Shown here: positions 1-9,367 of the stretch, in pieces
Layout of the letters: each line of letters begins with the position of its first letter
Numbering within the stretch: position 1 is the first letter of the stretch
Sequence record: SRR2962707_3652
DNA length: 46,348 nt
Reading direction: 5' to 3' (one strand)
Made by a program: the position numbers and the translations under genes
Notes under the pieces: generated by a model
Told to the model about the DNA's origin: nothing
Databases searched by the model: none
What the model saw: the letters and a program-made list of their open reading frames with translations, nothing else

Positions 1-618
1 ACGCGTATGCATCATACCTGTGGGCTGAAACAAGTTATCAGTAAGGAAGTCTTCGTAGGATTCCCCAGACGCTTTCTCGATGATTAATGCAAGAAGATTG
101 TATCCGGCATTGGAGTATCTCCATTGAGACCCGGGTGTAAAATCCAAAGGTGTTTCTAGCACCCGTTTGATAAGCTCTTCCTTAGAGATGGGTTCAAAAT
201 CTTCGATCAGATCTCCACCGGGAATTCCTGAAGTGTGTGTCAGTAGGTGATGAATAGTGATCCCTTCTTTGTCTTGTGGAACATTGTCAAAGAAGTTAGT
301 AATGGATGCATCCAATTTGAGTTTTCCCTGTTGTACCAGAAGCACAATTGCGGAGGCAGTAAACTGTTTGGAATTGGAAGCAATACCGAAGAGTGTTTCA
401 TCGGTCATCTTTTCGGATTTTGATTGATTAGTAAATCCTACTGCACGGGAAACCATAATTTCCTTGTCTTTTCTGACCACCACCTGTCCTGAAAATCCAT
501 AAAGATCAATAATGTCGAGGTATTTATTCAATTCATCCTTTGGTGCAGATTGTCCAAAAGCGAATTGCTGAATTAGTAACAACGCTGCTATGCTCATTAA
601 TTTCAAAGTCCTTTTCAT
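1..618 (-). CDS. Serine hydrolase, beta-lactamase/AmpC-like (partial, runs off window start)
   Basis: Manually translated (not in ORF track): MKRTLKLMSIAALLLIQQFAFGQ signal peptide, FGIASNSKQF (SxxK), HHLLTHTSG, YSNAGY (YxN). Confidence 0.9.
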   Translation of the reverse strand, partial: MKRTLKLMSIAALLLIQQFAFGQSAPKDELNKYLDIIDLYGFSGQVVVRKDKEIMVSRAVGFTNQSKSEKMTDETLFGIASNSKQFTASAIVLLVQQGKLKLDASITNFFDNVPQDKEGITIHHLLTHTSGIPGGDLIEDFEPISKEELIKRVLETPLDFTPGSQWRYSNAGYNLLALIIEKASGESYEDFLTDNLFQPTGMMHTR

Positions 619-631
619 AAGTGTTTTTATG

Positions 632-662
632 TAAAGACTTTAAAGTCAGCTTTTCATTAAAA
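632..662 (-). promoter_or_regulatory. Putative ECF sigma promoter of the serine hydrolase
   Basis: Minus strand TTTTAATGA-N13-AAGTCTTTA, identical boxes and spacing to the site upstream of the ECF sigma gene. Confidence 0.75.
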
Positions 663-669
663 GTGATTG

Positions 670-1434
670 CTAATTTTTTCTCAAGATAATTTTTCCTTGG
701 GTATTGCTGATGGATATGGTGTTTTGAGATGCATTCCCGATAACACCACTGTATTGGTGTGCTTTTCGTTCCTGTCCATTTATTAGAAAAGGGCTTGTGT
801 TTTTCTCCGAAAGATCAAGGTCGAGTTCATTAAGCACTTCACCCATTTGTGTGTAGATATCGAAAGTACCGTTTGCTGATGAGCCAAATGAGAGTTCAAT
901 ATTTCCATCATAAACGCTCATCGCTATGATTTTTTTCATGTCTCCTTCAACATTGACTGAAATTGATCCATCCCTGACGATGACGGCATTCAGCGAATTG
1001 ATGATGTCTGCCTTAATACTTCCCTGGAAAATTTCAACTTCTACCGGTTTGGACATATTCGAAATTTCAACCTCTCCATAGTGGTTGATGGCGATATTCG
1101 CCATCATGGATTGTGGAACCTTGATGTTCAGGTTTTGTAAATGACGAGTTTGCATGTTTTCAAGCACTATAGAATCTTGTGTTTTTCTCACTCTGAGCTG
1201 TTCAATCTGCCGGCTGTCAGGCGGTTGTAGTGAGCCGTCACTCCGATAGACATCATAGTCAGCAACTGATTGTGTGACGGTTATTTCTTTCCCGCTGTAG
1301 GCTGAAATAGAGACTTTCCCCCTATAGATGGACAATAAAAAAACCGACTGACCATCTATCTCGATGCTATTCTGTCCGAAAAGAAATCCTGAAACCAGGC
1401 ACGTTAAAAGAAAGTAGATAAATGTTCTTTTCAT
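670..1434 (-). CDS. Exported DUF4097-like beta-strand repeat protein
   Basis: Signal peptide, repeated GxI/V strands, C-terminal ISNTQGKIILRK; typical position after ECF/anti-sigma. Confidence 0.65.
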   Translation of the reverse strand: MKRTFIYFLLTCLVSGFLFGQNSIEIDGQSVFLLSIYRGKVSISAYSGKEITVTQSVADYDVYRSDGSLQPPDSRQIEQLRVRKTQDSIVLENMQTRHLQNLNIKVPQSMMANIAINHYGEVEISNMSKPVEVEIFQGSIKADIINSLNAVIVRDGSISVNVEGDMKKIIAMSVYDGNIELSFGSSANGTFDIYTQMGEVLNELDLDLSEKNTSPFLINGQERKAHQYSGVIGNASQNTISISNTQGKIILRKN

Positions 1435-1928
1435 TATTCAATAAATAAAGCTGATCGAATCAAAGGAGATCGTTCCTGCTCTGCCAGTAGCAGGAGTTCT
1501 GTCTGGTATTTTCCAATATCAATACGACGGATGAGCTCCATCTTCACATTAATGTTCTTTTCCACTCCTAGTAGTTGAAGTAGCACTTCGTCATCTAAAT
1601 CACCAACATCATAACCTTGTATGGCAGCTATCTTTTCAAATGAGTTCAAGGTTGACCATTGGGAGGATAGATCCTTCGAATCGGAAAGGATCCAAACTAA
1701 TCCAAATCCTAGTACCAGGATGGCTGCAATCGCACTAACCCAGCGATATTGTGATCCTGATTTTTTCACAGGCGCATGCACTTCCTTCTTGAAATCCGCG
1801 AATGCACGCGTCATTCTCCCATCGGTACTTAACTCATTGAGTAATTCCTTTTTGACCAGGCTTTCTTCTTCTTCGGAAAGCTTACCATCGTAATAGTCTT
1901 GTCGCTTTTGATCATCCATGCGTTTCAA
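1434..1928 (-). CDS. Putative membrane anti-sigma factor
   Basis: YYDGKLSEEEE N-terminus, single TM (WVSAIAAILVLGFGLVWI), overlaps ECF sigma gene. Confidence 0.75.
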   Translation of the reverse strand: MKRMDDQKRQDYYDGKLSEEEESLVKKELLNELSTDGRMTRAFADFKKEVHAPVKKSGSQYRWVSAIAAILVLGFGLVWILSDSKDLSSQWSTLNSFEKIAAIQGYDVGDLDDEVLLQLLGVEKNINVKMELIRRIDIGKYQTELLLLAEQERSPLIRSALFIE

Positions 1929-2403
1929 TTTTGCTATAAAGTTCTCTTAGTCTTTTTCGGGCATATGAAACATTTACCCTAACCGTATTTACAGAGGTGC
2001 CCATTGTCTTGCTAATTTCCTCATATGTGTAGTCTTCTACATCCTTCAGCAGTATGACGCTTCTTTGGGTGGGAGAGAGGTATTGCATTAAGTTGATGAG
2101 CAAGTCAGCTTCTGACTTGTTTTCCAGGTGTTGAGCTTCTTCATACCCCCATTCCGGGGCTTGCTCAAGGTCTAGCAATCGATTCTCTCTTTTTAGGTAA
2201 TCGAAGCACAAGTTTCTGACTGTGATAAACAAGTACGATTCCTGATCTTCAATGATTGTACCTTCTCCCAACTTTTTTTTGAGCTTGAGGTAGCCATCAT
2301 GGATGATATCCTGTGCTGCATCCACATTACCAATCATTCCCAAAGCAAAACGATGCAATGCGTCTCTTACTGCCTCAAAAATCCGATCGAATGGTGTTGA
2401 CAT
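1912..2403 (-). CDS. ECF RNA polymerase sigma-70 factor
   Basis: AQDIIHD, YLFITVRNLCFDYLK (region 2); LSPTQRSVILLKDVEDYTYEEIS...TVRVNVSYARKRLR (region 4). Confidence 0.95.
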   Translation of the reverse strand: MSTPFDRIFEAVRDALHRFALGMIGNVDAAQDIIHDGYLKLKKKLGEGTIIEDQESYLFITVRNLCFDYLKRENRLLDLEQAPEWGYEEAQHLENKSEADLLINLMQYLSPTQRSVILLKDVEDYTYEEISKTMGTSVNTVRVNVSYARKRLRELYSKIETHG

Positions 2404-2408
2404 TTATA

Positions 2409-2439
2409 TAAAGACTTCCTAAATGGAAAATCATTAAAA
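2409..2439 (-). promoter_or_regulatory. Putative autoregulatory ECF promoter (probably leaderless mRNA)
   Basis: Minus strand TTTTAATGA-N13-AAGTCTTTA ending 5 nt before the sigma ATG. Confidence 0.75.
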
Positions 2440-2650
2440 AATTAGAGAATTTTTAATGATCGGTCTTTAAGGCATAAATGGTATGGTCCTTTTTGATTGG
2501 ACACATAGTGCATAGTTGCATCAAGTTCAGTCATAACTTATTGTGCTTTTGATAGGTAAATGTTTTAAAAGTTGTTCATAATGATGTTTACTGAACAACT
2601 CTAATGGTAACAATTCAGGCAATAGGACTAAATTGTGTGTAATGGTCAAT

Positions 2651-4288
2651 ATGCTAAGAAAACTAAGGTACATATGCCTCGTACTACCATGTCTGTTGCT
2701 GAGCATTAGCTGTGGGGATGACTTTCTGGAGACTAAGTCCTCAGACCCATTTGGAATTGATAATGCACTGTCTTCTCCAGAAAACATCCGATTAGTAATC
2801 AACGGACTCCATCGTCTCTTGTATGCACAATCTCATTTGCTGCTACCAGGAGGTAGTTCTAACTATTCAGGTGAGCATTATTATGTTCCAGTGGACGATG
2901 TAATAGTGGGAGGCATCATTCATTCTGCACCTGGAGGTGGATGGATGGTTTCTGAACTTCAATGGAATGGGCATACACTTCCGTCAGCAGGAATCAACTT
3001 TCATAAATGGTATCAACGGTATCATGTCATAGCTAGCACCAGTGCTATCATTAAAAATGTGGAAGAAGGAAATATTCCAATTGATGGTGACATGGCTGAT
3101 CTTATGGGACAAGCATATGCGTATCGTGCTTTCGCTTATCATGACTTGATTACACACTATGCCAGAGGGTACCTTGTCGGACAACCGGATACTGATCCTG
3201 GTGTTCCACTTCTGACAGGCTCTGCACCTCCATTCAAAAGTGGACCAAGAGCGTCTGTTCAAGAAGTCTACGATTTGATTGAATCTGATATAGATACGGC
3301 TATTGATTACTTTGAGGAAGCAAATCCTCGTTGCACTGGATCAACCTACTGCAAATCAAATTTGAATTTAAACGTTGCATATGGGATCAAGGCCAGAATA
3401 GCTATGTCCAGCGGGGACTGGCTCACTGCTTCATACTGTGCTGTTTTGGCTAGAAATGGTTATCCGCTGATGGATGAGGAAGCATGGAAATCGGGTTTTA
3501 ATACATTAGATCTCTCGGAAGTGATATGGGGAAGCAATGTGATACAGGATGAGACCGTCTTTTTCAGATCATACTTCTATTTGATGTCCAATACATTTAA
3601 TGGTTCGCAGAATAGAGGCAATCCAAAGATTTTTAACGAATCTATTTTCAATCAAATACCAGTCACGGATTATCGCCGAGATGTCATTCTACCTTTGGCA
3701 CCCAATACTAATCCTTCTGCCTTAAATGGTCAGGGAGGAAGTGCCGCCAAGGATCCAAATTATAATGATCAAACCAGATTTGAGTTTGTTGCTGATTCTA
3801 TTAGGGATGTTTATGGACTTGTTAGTTATCACAACCTTCATCCTTACATGCATTTTAAAATGAAGAATAAGAATCCTGGAAGCATTGATGCAGATGATAT
3901 CATCCTGATGCGTTCGTCTGAGATGTACCTCATCGAAGCGGAGGCAGAAGCCATGATGGGCAATATAATCAGGTCTCAATCAGCTCTGAGGGAGTTGGTG
4001 GGGGCAAGAGATTCAGCCTATGATGCGACCGTTTTTTCCACACAGGCGACACTCATGGATCAGATCAAATTTCAATGGTATGTAGAAATGTACGGCGAAG
4101 GTTTTGGGTATGAAAATCAAATCAGATGGGATGAGCCACTCGATTTGACTGGATCAGGTGCTAATTTCAATTACTATAGAGACGGATTTCAGCAACCTGC
4201 TCCATCCGTAAATGATAAATGGATTTGGAAGATTCCTCAGCAGGAGATTGATGACAATCCATATTTGTCTGAGGCAGATCAGAATTGA
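2651..4288 (+). CDS. RagB/SusD family outer-membrane lipoprotein (likely start ATG 2651; ORF open from 2633)
   Basis: Lipobox LSISC-GDDFL, GQAYAYRAFAYHDL, VYDLIESDI, LMRSSEMYLIEAEA, EMYGEG, WKIPQQEIDDNP. Confidence 0.93.
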   Translation: MLRKLRYICLVLPCLLLSISCGDDFLETKSSDPFGIDNALSSPENIRLVINGLHRLLYAQSHLLLPGGSSNYSGEHYYVPVDDVIVGGIIHSAPGGGWMVSELQWNGHTLPSAGINFHKWYQRYHVIASTSAIIKNVEEGNIPIDGDMADLMGQAYAYRAFAYHDLITHYARGYLVGQPDTDPGVPLLTGSAPPFKSGPRASVQEVYDLIESDIDTAIDYFEEANPRCTGSTYCKSNLNLNVAYGIKARIAMSSGDWLTASYCAVLARNGYPLMDEEAWKSGFNTLDLSEVIWGSNVIQDETVFFRSYFYLMSNTFNGSQNRGNPKIFNESIFNQIPVTDYRRDVILPLAPNTNPSALNGQGGSAAKDPNYNDQTRFEFVADSIRDVYGLVSYHNLHPYMHFKMKNKNPGSIDADDIILMRSSEMYLIEAEAEAMMGNIIRSQSALRELVGARDSAYDATVFSTQATLMDQIKFQWYVEMYGEGFGYENQIRWDEPLDLTGSGANFNYYRDGFQQPAPSVNDKWIWKIPQQEIDDNPYLSEADQN

Positions 4289-4457
4289 GCAGGTCGATTC
4301 AATGATGAATAACAACAATAAAGAAGCGACACTTAAAAATGTGTGGGTCATTGCATATTCAAAATATAGCTTGAAAAGCTAATCTCTTTCCAACTTCATA
4401 TCATTTTAACTAATTTCCTTTTGGCTGTAGAGACGACATTGACAGAACCAACAAACA

Positions 4458-5645
4458 ATGAAAGGATTAGAACAAACATGGCGCTGGTATGGACCTCAAG
4501 ATCCAATTCCACTTTCTCATGTTAAAATGGCCGGTGCTACCGGTGTAGTTACTGCGCTCCATCACATTCCGAATGGGGATGTTTGGGAAAAAGAGGAGAT
4601 AAAGAAACGCAAGGAAGAAATTGAGAAAGCAGGATTGACCTGGTCGGTGGTCGAGAGCATACCTGTACATGAGGATATAAAAAAACGTTCCGGAGAGTTC
4701 AAGAAGCACATTGAGAACTACAAACAGAGTATTCGGAATCTTGGATCATGTGGGATAGATACTGTCTGTTACAATTTCATGCCCGTACTGGATTGGACAA
4801 GGACGGATTTGGCATACCAAATGGTGGATGGATCAAGGGCTCTTCGATTCGATGCAGTCCAATTTGCTGCATTTGACCTATTTCTATTGAAAAGACCTGG
4901 AGCTGAAACCGATTATTCAGAAATCCAAAAATCGAATGCTCGAGAAGTGTTTGATAAAATGGCCCAGCAAGATAAGGACTTGCTGGTCAATAATATTATT
5001 GCCGGTCTTCCAGGGGCAGAAGAGGGCTACACCCTTGATCAGTTTCAGTCTGTTTTGGATGAGTATGCATCCATAGGTGATCAAGATCTGAGATCTAACC
5101 TGTATGAATTTTTAAAAGAAATTATACCCGTCGCAGAAGAAGCCGGAGTACTCATGGCTATTCATCCGGATGATCCTCCATTCCCCATATTAGGATTGCC
5201 AAGAGTGGTAAGCACAGAGGCAGATGCCAAACAATTAATCAATGTGGTAGATAGCCCAAGCAATGGGTTATGCTTCTGTACCGGTTCCTATGGCGTTCGT
5301 GCTGATAATGATCTTGTTGGAATGGCTGAAAGATTGGGGCATAGGATCAATTTTATTCATTTACGAAGTACAGAGAGGGATAAAGATGGAAATTTCCATG
5401 AAGCAGACCACTTGGATGGAGATGTAGATATGTATGGTGTGATGAAAGCCTTATTGACAGAGCAGTTAAAGCGTAGGGAAGGAGGGAGGAAAGATTTCAG
5501 AATGCCAATGCGTCCGGACCATGGTCATCAAATGCTGGACGATTTAGACAAAAAAACCAATCCTGGTTATTCGGCGATTGGACGGCTTAGAGGTTTGGCA
5601 GAGTTGAGGGGGTTGCAATTGGGAATATTGAGATCGAGTAGTTGA
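4458..5645 (+). CDS. uxuA: Mannonate dehydratase
   Basis: [67 protein letters not shown]. Confidence 0.98.
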   Translation: MKGLEQTWRWYGPQDPIPLSHVKMAGATGVVTALHHIPNGDVWEKEEIKKRKEEIEKAGLTWSVVESIPVHEDIKKRSGEFKKHIENYKQSIRNLGSCGIDTVCYNFMPVLDWTRTDLAYQMVDGSRALRFDAVQFAAFDLFLLKRPGAETDYSEIQKSNAREVFDKMAQQDKDLLVNNIIAGLPGAEEGYTLDQFQSVLDEYASIGDQDLRSNLYEFLKEIIPVAEEAGVLMAIHPDDPPFPILGLPRVVSTEADAKQLINVVDSPSNGLCFCTGSYGVRADNDLVGMAERLGHRINFIHLRSTERDKDGNFHEADHLDGDVDMYGVMKALLTEQLKRREGGRKDFRMPMRPDHGHQMLDDLDKKTNPGYSAIGRLRGLAELRGLQLGILRSSS

Positions 5646-5682
5646 AAAGTAGAAATATTAACCCTTGCAGTAATACATAAAA

Positions 5683-5722
5683 AAACTCCATCTGAATTAA
5701 ACAAGGTTAATCGATGGAGTTT
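5683..5722. terminator. Hairpin between uxuA and tRNA 3' copy (probable terminator)
   Basis: AAACTCCATC...GATGGAGTTT inverted repeat preceded by an A-run (U-tract on minus strand). Confidence 0.6.
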
Positions 5723-5725
5723 ATA

Positions 5726-5773
5726 GTGGGCCCACCAGTCCCGATAACTATCGGGAGAACCTGGGACTTACTG
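5726..5773 (-). repeat. att-like duplicate of tRNA 3' half, interrupted by 18-bp palindrome
   Basis: GTGGGCCCACCAG-[TCCCGATAACTATCGGGA]-GAACCTGGGACT versus GTGGGCCCACCAG-GGCTC-GAACCTGGGACT at 46319-46348. Confidence 0.9.
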
Positions 5774-5856
5774 TTCAATCTATCGGAAAAGTCAATTCCT
5801 AAACCTTTCAACAAGTTTTGGTACCATTTCAGGGTACTTTTTTAGGTTAATTATAA

Positions 5857-5916
5857 GGTTCGATTCCACTCGGGACTGCACAAAATCCCTGTAAGTCATT
5901 GATTTACAGGGATTTT
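5857..5916 (+). repeat. Second tRNA-3'-like fragment plus att-type hairpin
   Basis: GGTTCGATTCCACTCGGGACTGCA (T-loop motif) followed by AAAATCCCTGTAA-gtcattgat-TTACAGGGATTTT. Confidence 0.6.
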
Positions 5917-6061
5917 TATTTGTCCACTGTCGTTATTGTTGTCGTTTTGCTGATTTCCTGTTACGCGTTGTTTTTTTTGGTATATCTAAAATAGACAAAA
6001 TGAATACGTAAATAAATGAAGTATTTTTTTACACTCTCGATGAATATGAGGTAACCAAATT

Positions 6062-6241
6062 TTTGACATTCATTTCTTGTGTCAAATTCATGAGTGATAA
6101 CAAATCAAATAACTCATTCGCATTTACAATATTTAGAAGGAGTATTTGTTCTTCCATCATTTGACATAATTAGGTGTGAAATACATTGAATAAACTGTTA
6201 ACATCATCATTTCCGTCCAGGATTGATCTAATCTCCAATTT
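6062..6241 (-). pseudogene. Decayed copy of the central part of the 8808-9236 gene
   Basis: Manual alignment to 8891-9072 gives roughly 85-88% identity with several 1-nt indels. Confidence 0.9.
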
Positions 6242-6357
6242 CACATTGAGCCTATAATGGTTCATTAATCATGTGGAGAATTGTGGTAAATGACATGCAA
6301 CCATTAATCAGAATTCAAGTCCTTTAATAAACCAGAATTGTACCATAATCTGATCCT

Positions 6358-7413
6358 TTGAACCATCTTTCTCAATTACTATTAGCCGGAGTTTTGCATG
6401 CATTGGTACTAGGCATTTATTTTAATTTGAAGCCTTCTCCTGTAAGGAACCTAGGCAATTTTCTTTTGGTAATTTTCACCATACTGCTCGAAATATTTCT
6501 AAACGAAAGCGGTATTATGAAGCATATACTAATACTTCGCAACTTTGCAGAACCTTTCTCATTTCTTGTTGGCCCGCTTATATACTTTACGTTTTACGAG
6601 ACACTTAATAGACCGTTGTTAAGAAAGGAGTTACACTATGTACCTTTTTTCTTATATGGATTGTACCATATCTATTACTTAATAGACTCATGGCAAATAC
6701 TTGGTGATTCATACATTGAAAACTACTTGTCAGAGATAAAGGAGGTCAGTGGTGCATTTCCAATATTAGCAATCTCCAGTCATACTTTATTGACCTTTCT
6801 TCAGCTTACTATTTACATCTTGTTTATTCTGTTTACATATAAAAGAATATCCATGAAAAATCTGTGGCTTACTTATTTAGTTTGGGGATCATTCGTATGT
6901 TACCTGTCTTACGGAGTGGTCATTTTGATTTTTCCATTGGCAGGTTGGGAGTCATTATATGCGATCATAATTATGTTTTTTGTCTATGGTGTTTCTTACT
7001 TCGCATTGAGATATCCTTCACTCTTCTTATCACAGAGAAAATATGCGGATTCGCCTCTAAATAGTCAAATTAAAAGAGAGATTCTAAAGAAGCTGTCTCA
7101 CGAAATGAATGTGAATAAATGGTATACCATACCCGATCTCAGTCTTGAAAAATTGGCGGATCAAATTGGTTTTTCGAAGCATTATTTGTCACAAGTAGTG
7201 AATGAAGAATTGAATACCAACTTCTCTCAGTACTTAAATGACCTGAGAGTTCAAGAGGCAAAAAGGCTACTAAAAAGGCCGGATCTAAAGCATTTTAAAC
7301 TTTCCGAGATAGGAGCAATGGCAGGATATAATTCCAAGTCAACATTTTATTCCTCTTTTAAAAAAAGAGAGAAAACAACCCCAAGCGCTTACTCTAGAAG
7401 TTCAACTTTATAG
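6358..7413 (+). CDS. Membrane-bound AraC family transcriptional regulator
   Basis: Multi-TM N-terminus; C-terminal HTH_18: LSLEKLADQIG, YLSQVVNE, YLNDLRVQEAK, GYNSKSTFYSSFKK. Confidence 0.93.
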   Translation: MNHLSQLLLAGVLHALVLGIYFNLKPSPVRNLGNFLLVIFTILLEIFLNESGIMKHILILRNFAEPFSFLVGPLIYFTFYETLNRPLLRKELHYVPFFLYGLYHIYYLIDSWQILGDSYIENYLSEIKEVSGAFPILAISSHTLLTFLQLTIYILFILFTYKRISMKNLWLTYLVWGSFVCYLSYGVVILIFPLAGWESLYAIIIMFFVYGVSYFALRYPSLFLSQRKYADSPLNSQIKREILKKLSHEMNVNKWYTIPDLSLEKLADQIGFSKHYLSQVVNEELNTNFSQYLNDLRVQEAKRLLKRPDLKHFKLSEIGAMAGYNSKSTFYSSFKKREKTTPSAYSRSSTL

Positions 7414-7421
7414 AGTTGGAC
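7400..7421. promoter_or_regulatory. Imperfect palindrome at AraC 3' end, candidate operator for the S41 gene
   Basis: GTTCAACT-ttatag-AGTTGGAC upstream of the peptidase start. Confidence 0.5.
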
Positions 7422-7497
7422 ATCAACAGCACCAATTTTCCAAATTACTTGATCGCTAGTTCCTACTTTGGCTCTCGAAACTCAAAATCAAAATCTT

Positions 7498-8742
7498 ATG
7501 AAACGATTTATATTACTCTCACTGGTAACATTTGCCGCCAGTTATAATTCTAAGGCACAATCTCCTTTTAAAGGATTAAGTATGGAGCAAGTGCTAGAAG
7601 ATCTACAATTTTTGAAAGGACAACTTACCACACTTCATCCAGAACCCTTTCTATTTATTTCGGAGGACCAATTCAATAAGAAGTTTGAGTCAATTAAATC
7701 TAATTTGGATGCAATGACTGATGATCAAAAATTGGTTGCATTTCTTGAGTTAACTACATCATTGGGGCAAGGACATTGCAATCTTCATCCATTTAAATCA
7801 TTTCATCGCACACCGGTAAGCATTGGTGTCGTAGACGGTCAATTTAGAATATTAACAATTCAAAAGGAATATGCCCAATATTTAGGTGCCATACCTGTAT
7901 CGATTAACAACATACCTTTCGATCAAGTGAAAGCCAAATTAAAAAGTGTAATTCCACAATATGAAACTGAAGTATTTTCAAATGGCTGGATGTGTTATTA
8001 CATGAGTGTTCCTGAGATTTTACATGGGTTGGATATAATTCAAGAAAAAGGCGCAATTTCCTATAGGTTAAGATTGGACAATGGCGAGGTGAAAAATTTG
8101 ACTTTATCTGCCTACACCCGAGAAGAAATTCAGGAGGTAAAAAGAGTAAATGCGTTTGACAAACGACCTTTGTATATGCAAAGCGAAGACGAATTTGGTT
8201 CAAATGGAGGTCAGGGGTTGTGGGTAACACAAATGGATAATTTGCTCTATTTTAGATTCTCATCCTACCCCCCAACCAAAGTATTCAAAAAATTCAGGAA
8301 GATCATAGTCAACGCTATAAAAGAGGATACTACCGGTAACCTGTTAATAGACTTAAGAAGAAATGGTGGTGGCGATTTCATCAGGGTGAGAAAACATTTC
8401 TTGCCTTCTCTTGAGAAAGCAGTAAAAAAGAGTGGTATCAAAGTATATATTGGAATCGGCGAAGGCACATTTTCAGCAGCTGTCTCTAATGCTACCGATT
8501 TTGTAAAATACTTGAATGGTTCTTTGATTGGTGGGGCAACAAGTGGGAGGCCCAATGGATACCAGGATAACTGCGGATTCACCTTACCGAATAGTCAGAT
8601 TCCTGGATCGACAGTCTGTGTTTACCGTAAATTTGTGGAAGGAGATCCTCCGGGTTTGTTTCCTGAAATAGAAGTTAGACTCACCTGGGAAGATTACAAG
8701 AACGGAACTGATCCTGTTATTGAATATATAATATTAAATTAA
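7498..8742 (+). CDS. Secreted S41-family peptidase (likely start ATG 7498)
   Basis: Signal peptide MKRFILL..KAQ, LIDLRRNGGG, TFSAA, LIGGATSG, FTLPNS. Confidence 0.88.
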   Translation: MKRFILLSLVTFAASYNSKAQSPFKGLSMEQVLEDLQFLKGQLTTLHPEPFLFISEDQFNKKFESIKSNLDAMTDDQKLVAFLELTTSLGQGHCNLHPFKSFHRTPVSIGVVDGQFRILTIQKEYAQYLGAIPVSINNIPFDQVKAKLKSVIPQYETEVFSNGWMCYYMSVPEILHGLDIIQEKGAISYRLRLDNGEVKNLTLSAYTREEIQEVKRVNAFDKRPLYMQSEDEFGSNGGQGLWVTQMDNLLYFRFSSYPPTKVFKKFRKIIVNAIKEDTTGNLLIDLRRNGGGDFIRVRKHFLPSLEKAVKKSGIKVYIGIGEGTFSAAVSNATDFVKYLNGSLIGGATSGRPNGYQDNCGFTLPNSQIPGSTVCVYRKFVEGDPPGLFPEIEVRLTWEDYKNGTDPVIEYIILN

Positions 8743-8807
8743 TACTCTGAAGTTGAGTAGAATAATTAAAGAGCTCCACTGATTGGTACTTAATCAAACT
8801 ACTAGTT

Positions 8808-9236
8808 CTAATCAGCTAGCACTACACAAGGCTTCTCAAGTAAATTGATATTATAGATAACATCAGGCTTTTCTATTCCCAGTGTACATATTTGACAATC
8901 ATTTACTGGGTTAAATTCCTGAGTGATAACAAAATCAAATAACTCATCCGCATTTACAGTATTTAGGAGGAGTACTTGTTCTTCCACCATTTGACATAGA
9001 TAAGTGTGAAATACATTAGAATAAACGGTAGAATCATTATTTCCAGTCCAAGATTGATCTAATCTCCAATTTGTTGTACCCTCCACCACTTGAATGGTGA
9101 GTCCGGCACAGGAATCATGTGTACTTACAATTCTTCCTTTTAGTACTTTATTACAAGGTATCTCTAGACCAGCTTCTGTGCATCTACTAAACATACCTAG
9201 CATGCCCAGTAGAATGATGCATATTCTCGTTTTCAT
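8808..9236 (-). CDS. Hypothetical Cys-rich putative lipoprotein
   Basis: MKTRICIILLGMLGMFSRC signal; several Cys; partial decayed paralog at 6062-6241. Confidence 0.65.
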   Translation of the reverse strand: MKTRICIILLGMLGMFSRCTEAGLEIPCNKVLKGRIVSTHDSCAGLTIQVVEGTTNWRLDQSWTGNNDSTVYSNVFHTYLCQMVEEQVLLLNTVNADELFDFVITQEFNPVNDCQICTLGIEKPDVIYNINLLEKPCVVLAD

Positions 9237-9320
9237 TTTTATCGTGAATTAAATTATCCGAAAGTCACGAAACAAAACAAAACAAATGGAGCAACTAAAT
9301 CGGCTCTGAAAGGTAAATGC

Positions 9321-9334
9321 GCAATATCTGACAA
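9321..9334 (+). promoter_or_regulatory. GCAA-N5-GACAA box (oriented opposite to flanking genes)
   Basis: GCAATATCTGACAA. Confidence 0.55.
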
Positions 9335-9367
9335 ATTCAGTCTGAAATTACCAACACTTATGAAATA

